Of a DNA stretch of 64,000 nucleotides, positions 26,017 to 38,860 are shown in pieces. Both the position numbers and the translations under genes were made by a program. Below the pieces are notes generated by a model. The model was given only the letters and a program-made list of their open reading frames with translations, did not search any database and was not told where the DNA came from. The stretch spans positions 34,658,001 to 34,722,000 of the forward strand of contig OX638158.1 of the NCBI GenBank assembly GCA_951804945.1, in the 5' to 3' direction. Position 1 is the stretch's first letter, and every line of letters begins with the position of its first letter. This DNA is from Podarcis cretensis (Eukaryota).

Positions 26017-26270
26017 CTAAAAAGAAAAAGAAAACAGTTTTACAATTGTATAGTTTCTTCTTTTAACAACCATTTGGTCATTTCCAAATAACATGTGTTT
26101 TTACAGCTAGTATAAAGTTTTAATCAAGCAACCATCTTATGCAGCTGATAGGCAGGAAGGTATATTTAAGATTATGGCAAATAAATATTTCAACACACAA
26201 TATAGTCCTTTTGCAAATATAAGGGTATGCAGTTAACAAGAGTTAAGAAGCATTGGTTCTCAAATCTTAC

Positions 26271-26328
26271 CTGCTGCGAGTTATCACAGTTTCCTATACT
26301 GAGAGAATCTGAAGGTTTGTCGATAGTG
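26271..26328 (-). CDS. CNOT4: CNOT4 coding exon (TIDKPSDSLSIGNCDNSQQ)
   Basis: ctctctAG|C ACT ATC GAC ... CAG|GTAAGA, 58 nt, phase 2-0. Confidence 0.95.
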
Positions 26329-27329
26329 CTAGAGAGAAAGAAAAACTATTAGGCAAATGAATAAGACACAGCCTGATGGCCTGAAACTGTAGGAATTAAT
26401 TTAAAAAGTAATTTTAGAAAACCTAGTTCATGGAGATAACTGACAACAAGCTGATTAGCTCAATCTTACACATTCTGCTTGTTCATTGTTACTCAGTGTA
26501 ACCTCACAGCAATCAAAGTTTGTCTATTGCCCCTACTATCAGCCCCCGACATTAAACTGGTGTCCATGAAGCAGGCACCATATCTATTTATAAGAGCTTT
26601 GTGCTCAACTTGAGATTGATGGAGCCCAGAGGACTCCCCAATTTAGATTTCAGTACACTGAGTTGTAAAGAGAGGAGAGACATTAAAGAAAGAGAAGAGG
26701 CAAAAGGAATAAAGGTAAAAGAGAAAGTGAATGAACCAATAATATTATTCACCACAGCAGAAAAGCTCACTTCTCCTTTGTGCTGCTTCAGTTTCAAGAC
26801 AATCGGAATGCTGTCACAACCTCTCACTTAAACACAACAGGAGACAAAACTGAAGCTCCAGCCACTCATGCATCCACTCACCCAAAATCAGAACAGCAGA
26901 GCAACAGGAAGAGCCAGGAAAGGACAAGACAAAACTTGGAATAAGATCAGCAATTACAAAAACCATGAAAAGAATGAGTTGAGGAAGGAATGGTGACAGC
27001 AGGACAAGGAGAGATACCAGATCAGGTGCTGTCAAAAGCTAAGTGAGCAAAGGGGATCAGGCCAGGCATGCATGATGGAAGGTGCACTGGCTGGGTTCAG
27101 GCTGCAAATGTATGCTAGCACAACCTGCAGTATTAAGTAAGGCTAACATTTGAGACACTAGAAGAAACCAAGATGCTAGAAAATGAATTGGCTGATATGG
27201 CAGTTCAACTGGAAAATAATATACTGTCACTATCTTGTTGACAAACCCAGCAGGTGTTGCAGTAAGCCACTGGACATCAACTGATGGACAAATGCAAATA
27301 TTCAGAAAATATCTGCCTGCTATGTGACC

Positions 27330-28260
27330 TTAAGACTGAAAGCGTCTCACAGCCAATGACCAAAGCATCTGGGTTACATAAGTGAGCTTCCTCAGTGGTT
27401 CAAATGTGAAATTGCTGATCTTCTAATATAAATATGTAATTTGCCCCTAAAATCAGCCTCCATACTAGAGGACTGGAAACTGCTCAATGTAGCTAGCACC
27501 TATTGTTTAAAAAGAATCCAGCTAGGACTTGGAAGATTATAGGCAGCTTAACTTAACATCTAGTCTAGTAAAACTGGTGGGCAAAATTATTAAAAATTGA
27601 ATTACCAAACATGCAGAAGAGCAAGTCAGGCTGAAGCAAAAGCAGCATGGCTTCCACAAGGGTATGTCCTGTCTCACCAACCCATTGAAGTTCTTTGAGG
27701 GTGTTAACAAGCATGTAAGTAGAGGTATCCAAGTTGACATTGCATACTTGAGACTCTCAAAAAGCTTTTGATAAATTCTCTCACCAAAAGAACCTAGAAC
27801 AAGTTTAGCAGTCATAGGAAAAGAAGACAGGTCCTCTTATGGATGAGCAACTGGTTAAGTAATAGAAAGCAGGAATAAATAGACAGTTCTTCCTCTATAG
27901 GGAATGCAAAAATCAGTACTGTAACCAGTGCTTTTTTAACTTGTTCATAAATGACCTGGAGTTAGGGGCAAGTACAGAAGTAACCTGGTTTGCTGATGAC
28001 ACTAAGTTGTTCAGAGTATTAAAAACATAAAGAAATTGCAAGGAGATCCAAAAGGGTATATTGAAACTAGGTGAATGGGCATTAAAATGGGAAATGTAGA
28101 TTGATGTGAGCAAGTGTAAAGTGATGCATAGTGGAGCAAAAACCCCTAACTTTACATATACACGCATGGGGTCCAAACTGGTTGTGACTGATCAGGAAGG
28201 AGATCTTGGGGTCAAACTGGATAGCTCAATTAAGATGTCAACCAAGTGAGCATCTATTAA
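27330..28260 (+). mobile_element. CR1 LINE ORF2 (reverse transcriptase) fragment, decayed
   Basis: Remnant motifs EDWK, QHGFHKGMSCLTN, KAFDK and FADDTKL (~27990), with frameshifts and stops. Confidence 0.9.
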
Positions 28261-30909
28261 AATAGTCATACATAAAACAATAAATATATTTTCTTTTTCT
28301 GCACTAGTTAAACATAAAAAATTCAAACACCCTAAAACATAAGATTGATAAGCAAAGACATTCGAATTAATTACAATATTTGACAAAACAAGACCAATTT
28401 CCTCTCCTTTTTTCTCAAACTTGTTAGTTTTGCCCCAAGTGCATATTCCCACACTTGCTCTATCCAATCTCCTGCAAATGGTATACTTTGAAGCCTCCAG
28501 TACTTTGTGTAAAGTGCTCTGGCTGCAGACACCGTAATTTCTTATGCAACTGAATGACAACATAATCCTAACAGTTTAAAAGGTAACAAAGAAAAAAGAG
28601 GGAGCGTCAAGCAGGCAAGTAAATCATTTGCTGATTTTATCTCAGCCATTGAGTGTAAATGAGAAGAATCACTTCCTGCTTTTAAGATTGATACTTGTGA
28701 GGTGTGACCCTGAATTTAGTGATCTATTCAAAGCTATACTAGTCATTCCCAAACTCTTCCTACAATAAAGTCTAATTCTAAGCACATAGACATATGTCTG
28801 TTTTCACGTGTCTGTGGATGATATTGGACTGGATAACCAAGACTATATACAGTCTCATCTGAATCAATTACAGAAGCAGGAAGTCAACACAAGAAAGTAT
28901 TCTAAAAAGAATTTATGTTTGTTAAGTCATACAAACTCAAAAATCAAACAACCACTATACTCCAGCTATAGCCTACATTTTAGAGGTTTTGGCAGAACAC
29001 TACTCTTTCAATATCTGTTGAATTATCTTAAGTCCACAGGCAAAGAGGGAAACATATAAATGTATATATTACATTGTTTCAGCCTACTTAACACTATATA
29101 TATTTTTAAGCAAAGCATGGAGTAAAACTAGGTGAAACGGATTGTTTTTTCTTTGTGTAAAACTATTTAACACTCATAATGAACTGAAACTTTTACATTA
29201 ATTATTCAAACACAAAACTTAATTATTTCTTAATTATGTTCTCATTATTAGAAATATTGCAGTCTTTCAGTCCTGCAGCCAGAAACACAGCTGTTTCATA
29301 GAAGTTTCCAGATGTTCAAAACCCCTTTACTAATAAATAGGCTTGAGTTCCTGTTAAGTCTGTGATAGCATGCCTCTGAAAATCTTGATATCTGGATTAG
29401 ACCTATGATCCACTTAGAGGAAGCACTGAATATGGTTTGAAAAGTCCCAAATCAGCAGATTTTAGGCATAAGACTAGCCACAGGCGAAGGCTGGAACCAA
29501 AAGATTCTTAAGGTAAGAGTAAAAAGCTCTTCCACTCACAGAGGAAAGGTTGCCAATTTTTTATTTCAACTGTAGTCCTTTTGTACCATGTTAAATCTTG
29601 CTCTGAAATGTTTTCTAACCTTCAGGAGTTGTTGTGGGATGGTGGTGGAAGAAGATGAGATAGTGGGGAAAGATGAGAAAGTCCTATTCATTGTGTGGAC
29701 TTTTGGATCCTGGTCAGCTGAACCAGTACTACAGATGTGTAGAACATTTTCAGATCATTTTTTCAGGCTCATAACTAAAAAAGAGCCTAAGAGCTGCTTA
29801 GCTTCATATAAAGCATTACTACAACGTTTCAATAGTGCTATGGTAATCCACAATGGAATATCTAAAGCAGATCACTTTCTTCTCAGCAGGACAGCTTCAA
29901 AATTAGGTAATGGGATGTTTTTCTAAATAGAAAAGCTCTTCTATTGACATTCTACTTCCAAAAGTGCTGATGTCTGCAATGATTTCTAGTGATGAAGTCT
30001 GAAATATTAGGTCAATGTTAGAACAAAAATACAAGGTATTCAGTGAGTTTACCCTATTTCCTAATAAGCTTGTTAGGCCCAGCTCATACATTACTGGTGC
30101 AACATGGAAGTAACCTCCTGTGTTCTGGTGCCTCATTAACACTAGAACACTAGAACAAGAAACAATGGAGTCAGGCAACTTATATGGCCACTTTCCCGCA
30201 CCTCAACCCATTACAGGTGGGAAACTAGAGCCTAAGAAAGCAGTTTCCACACTGCAACAGTACACATCAGTATTCCCAATTCAAAAGCATAATATGCTGT
30301 GCTATGCAACTTGCATTTTTAATCCAACTTGTTAAAAGCCCCACAATGATGCTTATGATGCAAGGGACATATTGCAGTATTAAACACAAATTCAAGTAGT
30401 CTTAGTAGTCTAAAGGGAGGGGAAAGCTGATGGATCTCAATCCAGTGCCATACTTGCTTAACAAAATGCCTGGGTGAAGAGTGTAATGTACTTTGATCTG
30501 CCAACTGAGATCAGAGTATTCAAGACAATTAATTAAATGACTCTTACCTAAAAGATGAGAGTTCCTACTATGCAACTTTTTCTCTTAAAAGAACATTAAA
30601 AATTGTTTGCTGAAGTGAGGTACGTGGTTTGCTAGAACACAGACGCAGAAGGAAACTTGTTTCGAAATGCCTTGCCTCTTCCACAACCCTTACCTTTAAA
30701 AATCATATTCTGGCCTAGACACAGACTTCTCCTGAACAAACTGCCCATTGCAAAATAATGTGCAGTCCCCCCACCTAGGCATCACCTAGTGGTTCAGGCC
30801 AACCATTTTAACTTGAATCCAGCTCTCTTGACAGAGGCTAGAGAATCATCCCTCCACATCAGTGAGAGAGAAAGAAAGCTAACTAAAGTATAAAAGGCAG
30901 CACAATTAC

Positions 30910-31065
30910 CCGAAATCTGAATCTGGACCATCTGGAGTCATGTGTTCTGAGTCTGTGCCATTTTCTAAAATAGGAGGCGTTTTCCTGTGTTCCATAGTTA
31001 AGCCGTTGACTGATTTACTTGAACTCTGTAATGATGGCCAGGCATCTTTGTTATTACTGTTGGGT
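30910..31065 (-). CDS. CNOT4: CNOT4 extra 156-nt symmetric exon (RPNSNNKDAWPSLQSSSKSVNGLTMEHRKTPPILENGTDSEHMTPDGPDSDFG)
   Basis: ctctttccAG|A CCC AAC ... TTC GG|GTAATT. Phase 2-2 fits both flanking exons; open frame, 52 codons. Confidence 0.85.
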
Positions 31066-33968
31066 CTGGAAAGAGGTGAAAGTAAAAGAGAGTTCAAGTT
31101 ATGTAGAAAATCTTAATAGTGAAACATTGGGAAAATTATTCCTCATGCCATATACTGTGTAGAGGAATATGGAGGTCTTCAACAGAAAAGTTAATGTCTG
31201 CTATTAAGACTGTAGAAAGAAACTGTTTTCTTGCACCAGGCAGGCTGTTTACACTTATAGTTGTTGTTTTTTAATTAGGTGAATCCCACCAAGACATGAG
31301 GTCCTTAAACTGTTCTTTCATCCCAACATTCTCCAGTTTTATGAGTAATGTTACCCCTACCCTTCATATGCTATATCCAAGCTTTGTCCTTGAGGATTTC
31401 CCCCATGTGACCGGCATTATACACTTCTGAAATATCACTGTACCGGTGCTGGTAAGTTCTAAGTTACCCAATTTGTCTCGTTTCAAATATTGATTCCCAA
31501 AGTTTCAAAACTCAGGCTAATATAAGCATAGAACACTAAATAAGGTTCTTTTGGTGTGTAAAATTATTTGAGAGGATGAATAAAGGTAAACTGAAGCAGG
31601 GAATCACATCTTTAAACAGACATTCCCTGCTGGGTTTTGTATGTATATGCAAATAAATATTAATATTTATCATCAACATAATTATAAATGTTTCTTTCTC
31701 CTAATTAGTCCTTCAGTTTCACCCTATTTTTAAAATCACCATCCCAGGAAGGAATGAAGGATATTTAGAACTGTAACTTATAATGATTATGTTTAGAGAC
31801 CTGTGCTCTTTTCAAAATGTGTATCTTGTCTTGCCATTCATTCCTTGAAATGCAATAAATTTATGAGTTCTCAAAATGAATGTGGAACAGACACACCCTC
31901 CTTTTTAAAACCAAGCGTCACTGATCTAACTAACAAAAATTGATTGCATTTTCAATTTTTATATTGATTCCTCATCTTTCCATGCATTTCAGAATTGGTT
32001 CCATAAAGCAGACACTACAAGAAGGTAAATATGGCACTGTCAGTTCCATTTATCAAGTTGAAAATTAATCTGCCATGTAATTCTTATCTGCTTGCCTACC
32101 GTGTTCTAAAGTCTACACCCACATAAAAGTTGCTTGTCTACATCTCTTCCAGATCTGAATGCTGGTAACTGATGAGTGAACTCACAAACTGGCTATTTCT
32201 GTCAGCATTTCAAGTTACTGCCCACAAGAACTGTATGAAATCAGAAAGCAGTGGGAATCACAGCCTTTTCTCTGGACCAATGGAAGTTAAGTTTGAGCAG
32301 AAAAAATAATAATAAAGAAATCATGAAAGAAAATCTTCATGAAGTATACAGCAGATGCATTTTCTGTTTTGAATGCAGAACCAACTTATTTGCCACTTAG
32401 ATGACACTTGTTTCAGGAACAAAGCTGAACTCTATGCTTAAGAACTTAGATTCACAGCAAAGAGTGGTAAAAAACATCAAAACAGATGACAAGAGGATAG
32501 CAAGAACCTAACATTTATTTAGTTTCTTCAGCTTACTGGGATCTTATAAAATAAATCGCTAGAGATGTAAGACTGCTGAGACAGCACAGACAATTCAGAA
32601 TGAACCAGTAGGAAGTAAGCTTATTTCTACTTTGTTTTATGGTCCAGATAGAATGGTCATGCATACCCAATCTACCTTGGGCTTTTTTGTAAGAATGGTA
32701 ATTAAGTTCTTGAAAAATTCCTACTGCAGAGACTGGACAGAGCCAAATTTGTAGCCATTACTAAAGACATTGTCTTCTTGCTGTTTCTTCTTGCCTTATG
32801 ATGTGACTCCATCAGGTCTCAGAACACACTGTGAGAAAACATGACTTGACTCTTGCATGTTTGGTTTATTTCTTTTGATGCTCTTGAAGAAACAGTATTT
32901 CTCTCGCAAAGCTCATACTAATACAACAGCCAAGAGAGTAAGAAGGTATCATTATCCATATGAGAGGCTGGCACATGACAAAACTGATCTGATGTTCTGC
33001 CCAGAGTCAAAGTATCAACTTTCCTTAATACAAGATTTGTCTTTTCCTTTAAGAGGCAATGCTGATCCGCTAAGATTTGACACTGGAAAAATTGTTTAGG
33101 ATCCTGAGCAAGGTTGCTCTTGAAATCTTATTGGAAAAGGATCCCCATTAAGAAGGATCTAAAGAGTGCAAATTCTTGTTCACCAATCATTTGCCATGGT
33201 CACAAAGTTCAGGTGTTCAGTCACAAATAGATTTTCCCATTCATTTAGGTTTCCCTTATTAATAGTTCAAGAGGCTAAACCAGAGGTAATAGTAGTCTGA
33301 CTACCATTCAAACTCAAGAAGTATCTTGCAAGCACAAACCTTATGTCATATTCTAAATATTAATGGTGTTTCTGTTATTAAGTAATGTAAGCTTTTCCAG
33401 AAATGGACAACCACTTAAAATTGTTACTTGGAATAGATAGGTGCTAAGTCAGAAAACCCTCAGCAACCTTTCATTAAACAGACATATAAATCTATGTTAC
33501 TCTGTCAAAGTCTGCACCCTACATATTAGCAGCCAACGTATTGAAACAAAAATCTCAACTAAGTTGCAATGAGTCAGAACATTTTACACTAACTTTGTCT
33601 TTCAGATGAGTCCTTTGTGGCATTCTCACCTTCTAAAGGCAAGGTGGACTCACACATTCATAGTAATGTTGTGTTGTACTTAAAATGAGTAAATCTTGTA
33701 TTTTGTATTTCCAGTTTAATGACATGCCCTGCTATTTCACACCAAACCATACTATTTTACAGTTGTAAATGATGCACTAATGCGAACATCTGCTGAAACA
33801 GTTGTTTGAAAATGCTGCATACATCTGTATAATGATGCAAAGGAAGTAAGATGTCAAGTGTGCTGGCTTAAGCAGTAAGGCCGTGAAGCAGAGTGCTTAG
33901 AAAGAGGGGTAAAGGGGGAGGTTTGATGAAAACTAAAGAGCACACACAGAGAACCTTTACCATCATAC

Positions 33969-34093
33969 CTCTGTAGTGAAGTCACTTTGTTCTTGTTCTT
34001 GTCAACTGCATTTGAAGACAGCTGGAGGAAGTTGGGGTTTAACTTGTATAATTCCTGGAGTAACTTCTGTTCATATTCTTGATGCTTACCAGC
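33969..34093 (-). CDS. CNOT4: CNOT4 coding exon (AGKHQEYEQKLLQELYKLNPNFLQLSSNAVDKNKNKVTSLQ)
   Basis: accccAG|GCT ... CAGAG|GTATGA, 125 nt, phase 0-2. Confidence 0.95.
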
Positions 34094-35554
34094 CTGGGGT
34101 AGAAAAAAAAGTTATAAAATAATGCAACTGTCAACCTGGCAATTTGCAGTGAAATCTTTACATCAAAATTTCATTTCTCATGTTCAAATAAGAGAAGCTT
34201 GGTTATTTTAAGCTAGCCTAGTCCATGTCCCACCAAATCACAAGACTATGACAACCATTTTGGGCTCTTTTGTAAGAATGTAAATTCACTGCTGCCTAAG
34301 GGAGTTTACTGTAAGCTGGTTAAGACCTTTCTAATTTCACTGAAAGGTAACCTCAGAACAATTCATAGTAATGATCACATTTCATAGGTGTACCCCACAA
34401 TGCCCATTTCAGTTTCTTAGGTAACCTGCTCAGAAGGTGCAGAGTGATAAGTTAAAGGAAGGAGAGGTAACGTGCGGGGCCACATTTCCCATCATCCCTG
34501 ACCACTGCCCATACTTATTGGGGTTGATCTGAGTTCGGAGTTCTGGCCCTTGTTCTGCAGAATAGCATTCCTGTTGAGGTACAACAAGCACCCACTATCT
34601 GCACTTTTGATAACTATTGCAGACATTTTTGTGCATTTATCCAGATGGATAAATGAATCTCTGTCATGAGTTTCTAATTTGTACTGCTTTCCGTTTTCTT
34701 TTAAATGTAGGTTTTTTTGAGTTTTTAATTTGCTGTTTTTATTGTGCATCGCCTTTAGATGATAATGTAGGAGATTTGCTAATATATTATATTTATATAA
34801 TACATAACTGCTACCTTTTATTCTCAGCTCAGTTTATAGAACTTCAAATCTGCAGCAAGAATGCTTCCAAGTCTTTATATTTCCTCTCAATCCATCCCTG
34901 GGCATTATCTCCATTTCAAAAAGAAGGAGCAGAGAAGACAGTCAAGCCAGTTTGGACATAAATATCCTGGCTGAACAACTGTCAGGCTGCCATGGTCAAC
35001 CAGGGACCATCTTGGCTGTGAGACCTGGAAGGCCTGCTTCCTGCACTGTAGGCCTTTTCCACTTGGCCTGGGAAGTTGGGGCCCTGGCTGACTCCAGTTA
35101 CAAAAGCTGAAGCTGCTGAACAGACCCTTAGGTTGGAGAATAGTGTGTGTGTGTGTTGGTATTGTTGCTCTTGCTGATATTAATTTTTGTATCTTTATTT
35201 TTAGATTTTATTATGATTTAAGGTGGAAATTGTTTTATTTGATTGTGCACTTCCTGGTATGTTTTATTTACTGTTTATGACTACTTTTGTTATATTTGTA
35301 ACTATGTAATTGTTTTCACATTGGAAGCCCCCTGGAGCATTGTTTGAACTATGGAAAGGTGGCATACAGATAAAATGATGCATGTATGCATGCTTCCCAC
35401 TCTCCTCATGTGTTGCCTTAAATACTTCGATCGTGCATTCTCTAAACCGCATTCTGAAGTCGAAACTGTAGTTTCATTTCTGATTTACTGGCTCAGATCA
35501 GAAATATGAGGCATTTAGAGTAATATTTCATGGTATAGGTTGCAACACACATAC

Positions 35555-35680
35555 CTGCATCTCTTCTTTTGTAAAACTGGCTGCTTCATCCCCTAATTCA
35601 TGTAGATACATACAGTCTGGTTTAGGACACTGCATATTCTTCAAAAAGTAACTGCAATATTTCGTGGTACCTAAAGACGC
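35555..35680 (-). CDS. CNOT4: CNOT4 coding exon, C3H1 zinc finger (ASLGTTKYCSYFLKNMQCPKPDCMYLHELGDEAASFTKEEMQ)
   Basis: cccccAG|GCG ... CAG|GTATGT, 126 nt. Confidence 0.97.
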
Positions 35681-35816
35681 CTGGGGGGGAAACGAGACAT
35701 TAACTATAAAGGACAACGAACTATATACTTTAGAAGTAAGCCTGTTTTAGAATCCATATTCTGGTATCATGGTGCTCAGTTACATGTACTGATAGACATT
35801 TGCCATTACGTCCGTG

Positions 35817-35822
35817 TCTCTC

Positions 35823-35888
<66 letters not shown>

Positions 35889-35889
35889 A
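35817..35889. repeat. Compound (TC)n(AC)n microsatellite in a 255-nt intron
   Basis: Read directly from the sequence. Confidence 0.97.
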
Positions 35890-35935
35890 TACAACCTTAT
35901 TCTTATATAGTTACAAACACATACATTCATATTAC

Positions 35936-36037
35936 CTTAAGTGTTCTTCCATCTACTACCACATTATTGACACACTGTATGGCTCTGAGTGCATCTTCTG
36001 ACCGGATATAAGTTACATATGCACTTGCACTTGGACC
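35936..36037 (-). CDS. CNOT4: CNOT4 coding exon, RRM C-terminal half (GPSASAYVTYIRSEDALRAIQCVNNVVVDGRTLK)
   Basis: tctAG|GGT ... AAG|GTAATA, 102 nt. Confidence 0.97.
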
Positions 36038-37346
36038 CTAGATAATTAAAAAAAAGTGTATGCGCATAGGTCAGTTTATTAGTCATCCTATAATGCAGCA
36101 CTGAACTTCACAAAATTCTGAAGTACTTAATACATAAGAAGCCCTCGGCAAAGGATTCATTTGCAAAAGTGCAGCAGTAATTATTACTGCAATATTTGAA
36201 TAATCAGTTTAAACAGGTTACAGAAGTGCCTGTGACTAATCGGACAGCAAATTTAAAACACATTTTGTCATAGAAGTACTTCTAAATACTCCACCTGGCA
36301 AGCACCATTTTAAGAGGCACTCCTATCCATAAAACAAACACAAAGGAATACTTCTAAGGCAATGTCTGCTACAACAGGAATGCAAAACCTAAATTAAAAA
36401 CAAACAAACTATGTTCCTTGCTTCAGAGTGAGGAAACTATGTTCGTTTCTTCAGAACATATGAGTAAAATCAGTAGAATGAAGCAACTATATACCATACA
36501 AGGTTGGGCTTACTGAAGTTAGGTTTGAATTGATGGTTTCCCAACTCTGTACACTGATATTCATAGCAACAAGGCTACAACAGCTTTACTCCAAAATCCT
36601 TACCATGCATTTGGATTCCCTTCTTTCTTTACAATTATGTTAACTTTTTGCCTGCTCTTTGCTCCTCTACCCATTTTGAAGCCAACTTCTAAAAACTTAA
36701 GCATTCCAAGTAACATATTCCTTTCCTACTTACAAACTTGAATGAAAAAGTAACATATACTTTGAAATAGGAATTAATTTTTTCATTAGTATGACAATAG
36801 CATATCAACCAGATTAGGGTATAATTAAAAATCTTCACCAAGGTATAATGCACACCCAGAAGTCAATACAATCTTTCTATTTAGTGAAAAACTATAACAT
36901 ATTTTAAGTATATCAGCTTCTGCACCAGCAAAACAGCTATAGTAAATCATGGGGTGCTCCAAGTTAGAATGCAACTACATTCCTGAACAGGGGTGTACAA
37001 AGCGGCAATAATAAGGAAGGTACATTCCAGACAGAACAAATGAAAAGATCTGGACACATGTTTGCAGGGGAATATATTCATAGGCTACACTTAACTGAAA
37101 TTACATTCTAATTGTAGAAATTCAGGGGCAGTTTACACCTTACTGCTGGGTAGTCTACGTTGTAGAATTAATCTGACTCTGGTTATTAGTACATGCAAAC
37201 AAAAACAGAGCTGCCAAAATGTTCTTGTATGGAATGTTTTTGACCCAAGGATGTCAAAAATGAGTTGTCCATATGCAACTGAAACTGTTGGAACTCCAGC
37301 TAAACACCCACCTTTTGCCTAGGTCAAGGGGAAATCAGTATCTTAC

Positions 37347-37433
37347 CTGTGAGCCTGCATATGATGTGCTGTTGTTGATTACAACTTTGTGTATTTTACC
37401 AAATTTCCCAAAATATTCTGGCCTTTTCAAAAC
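37347..37433 (-). CDS. CNOT4: CNOT4 coding exon, RRM (VLKRPEYFGKFGKIHKVVINNSTSYAGSQ)
   Basis: aaacAG|GTT ... CAG|GTAAGA, 87 nt. Confidence 0.97.
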
Positions 37434-38242
37434 CTGTTTGGAAGATTAAGTTCACCGATATAAAAGCAATATTAAGAAGCAGCTCAGACAAAACTCAGAC
37501 TACTAATGGATGCCTAACTATTTTTGCTCCCTTTGAAAAATCTTTTAACCAAAGAAAGCAATGGAAAATTGCTTAGCAGTTACAAATGAACTATACAAAA
37601 CATTGGTCTCGGGCTGTCAACTGGAGCGGCGCAGGAGTCTCCACCCAGGCACGCAACTGGTACTGAGCACATACCATATTTCCTACAATTAGTGGCAGAT
37701 AACTTCAATTCTCTCTCCTGAAGTCTAACAACACTGTATTATAATGAGTTCTTCTAACAGCCTGCAGTCCATAAATCACATAAAATTCCAAGTGAAGATT
37801 GAAAGGCATGCCAAGTGGGTACCAATTTAACAGGCCCACTGCCAGCAGGGACCCCAGACTATGAGCTTTCATTTAAAAAATCTAGCCCTCCTAGAAATAA
37901 ACTTATAAAGCAAGATATTCAGGTACCCTACTAAGCAATGTGCTAGGCTGTCTGCTCCTGTGTTTAAGTGTTTTTTAGCCAATGAATAAAGACAGAACTG
38001 TGATTGAAGAGTGCGCTTTGTGAGCCTCAAGAGAAAGAAATTCATGGGATCCTAAAGAGCTTCTGTTTTCCCCTCCCCTTTGGTGCACTTTTCCTGATTC
38101 CATCTCATTTTGTAGCACTTGGAACCTCTGCAGTATACGCTTTTTTCTTACCAACCAGAAGGCATCTTTCCTATGGTGGGTTTGTCTGAGATCAGGTAGT
38201 CCCTAGAAGTTATTTTCTGAAATACTACTACACAGTAAGCAT

Positions 38243-38604
38243 AGGTAAAGGTAAAGGTACCCCTGCCCGTACGGGCCAGTCTTGCCAGACTCTGGGGTTG
38301 TGCGCCCATCTCACTTAAGAGGCCAGGGGCCAGCGCTGTCCGGAGACACTTCCGGGTCACGTGGCCAGCGTGACATCGCTGCTCTGGCGAGCCAGAGCCG
38401 CACACGGAAACGCCGTTTACCTTCCCGCTGGTAAGCGGTCCCTATTTATCTACTTGCACCCGGAGGTGCTTTCGAACTGCTAGGTTGGCAGGCGCTGGGA
38501 CCGAGCAGCGGGAGCGCACCCCGCCGCAGGGATTCGAACCGCCGACCTTTCGATCGGCAAGCCCTAGGCGCTGAGGCTTTAACCCACAGCGCCACCTACG
38601 TCCC
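38243..38604 (-). mobile_element. Full-length young Sauria SINE
   Basis: Minus-strand tRNA head GGGACGTAGGTGGCGCTGTGG...GGTTCGAATCC, (ACCTTT)n tail, CpG-rich. 17-bp TSD acacagtaagcataggt at 38230-38246 and 38608-38624. Confidence 0.95.
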
Positions 38605-38860
38605 TTCACACAGTAAGCATAGGTGAATGTTAAAGAAAAGCATGGTGAATTCAAAATTTGGAGGAATTGGGCGTGTCTCCTGCATGGTGCAAGCATTAAT
38701 TAACAATTCATTGCATAGCTATCAGCAAAAGGGCACAAAAATTTGAATATGCAAATGTCCTCTTTTGTGAGTAGATCAGAGGTCCCAATACAGTGGGTCC
38801 CAATACAGGCCCAGAAAATCCTGATAGCACTCCTGCAGATTGAGCACCAACATAGTAATA

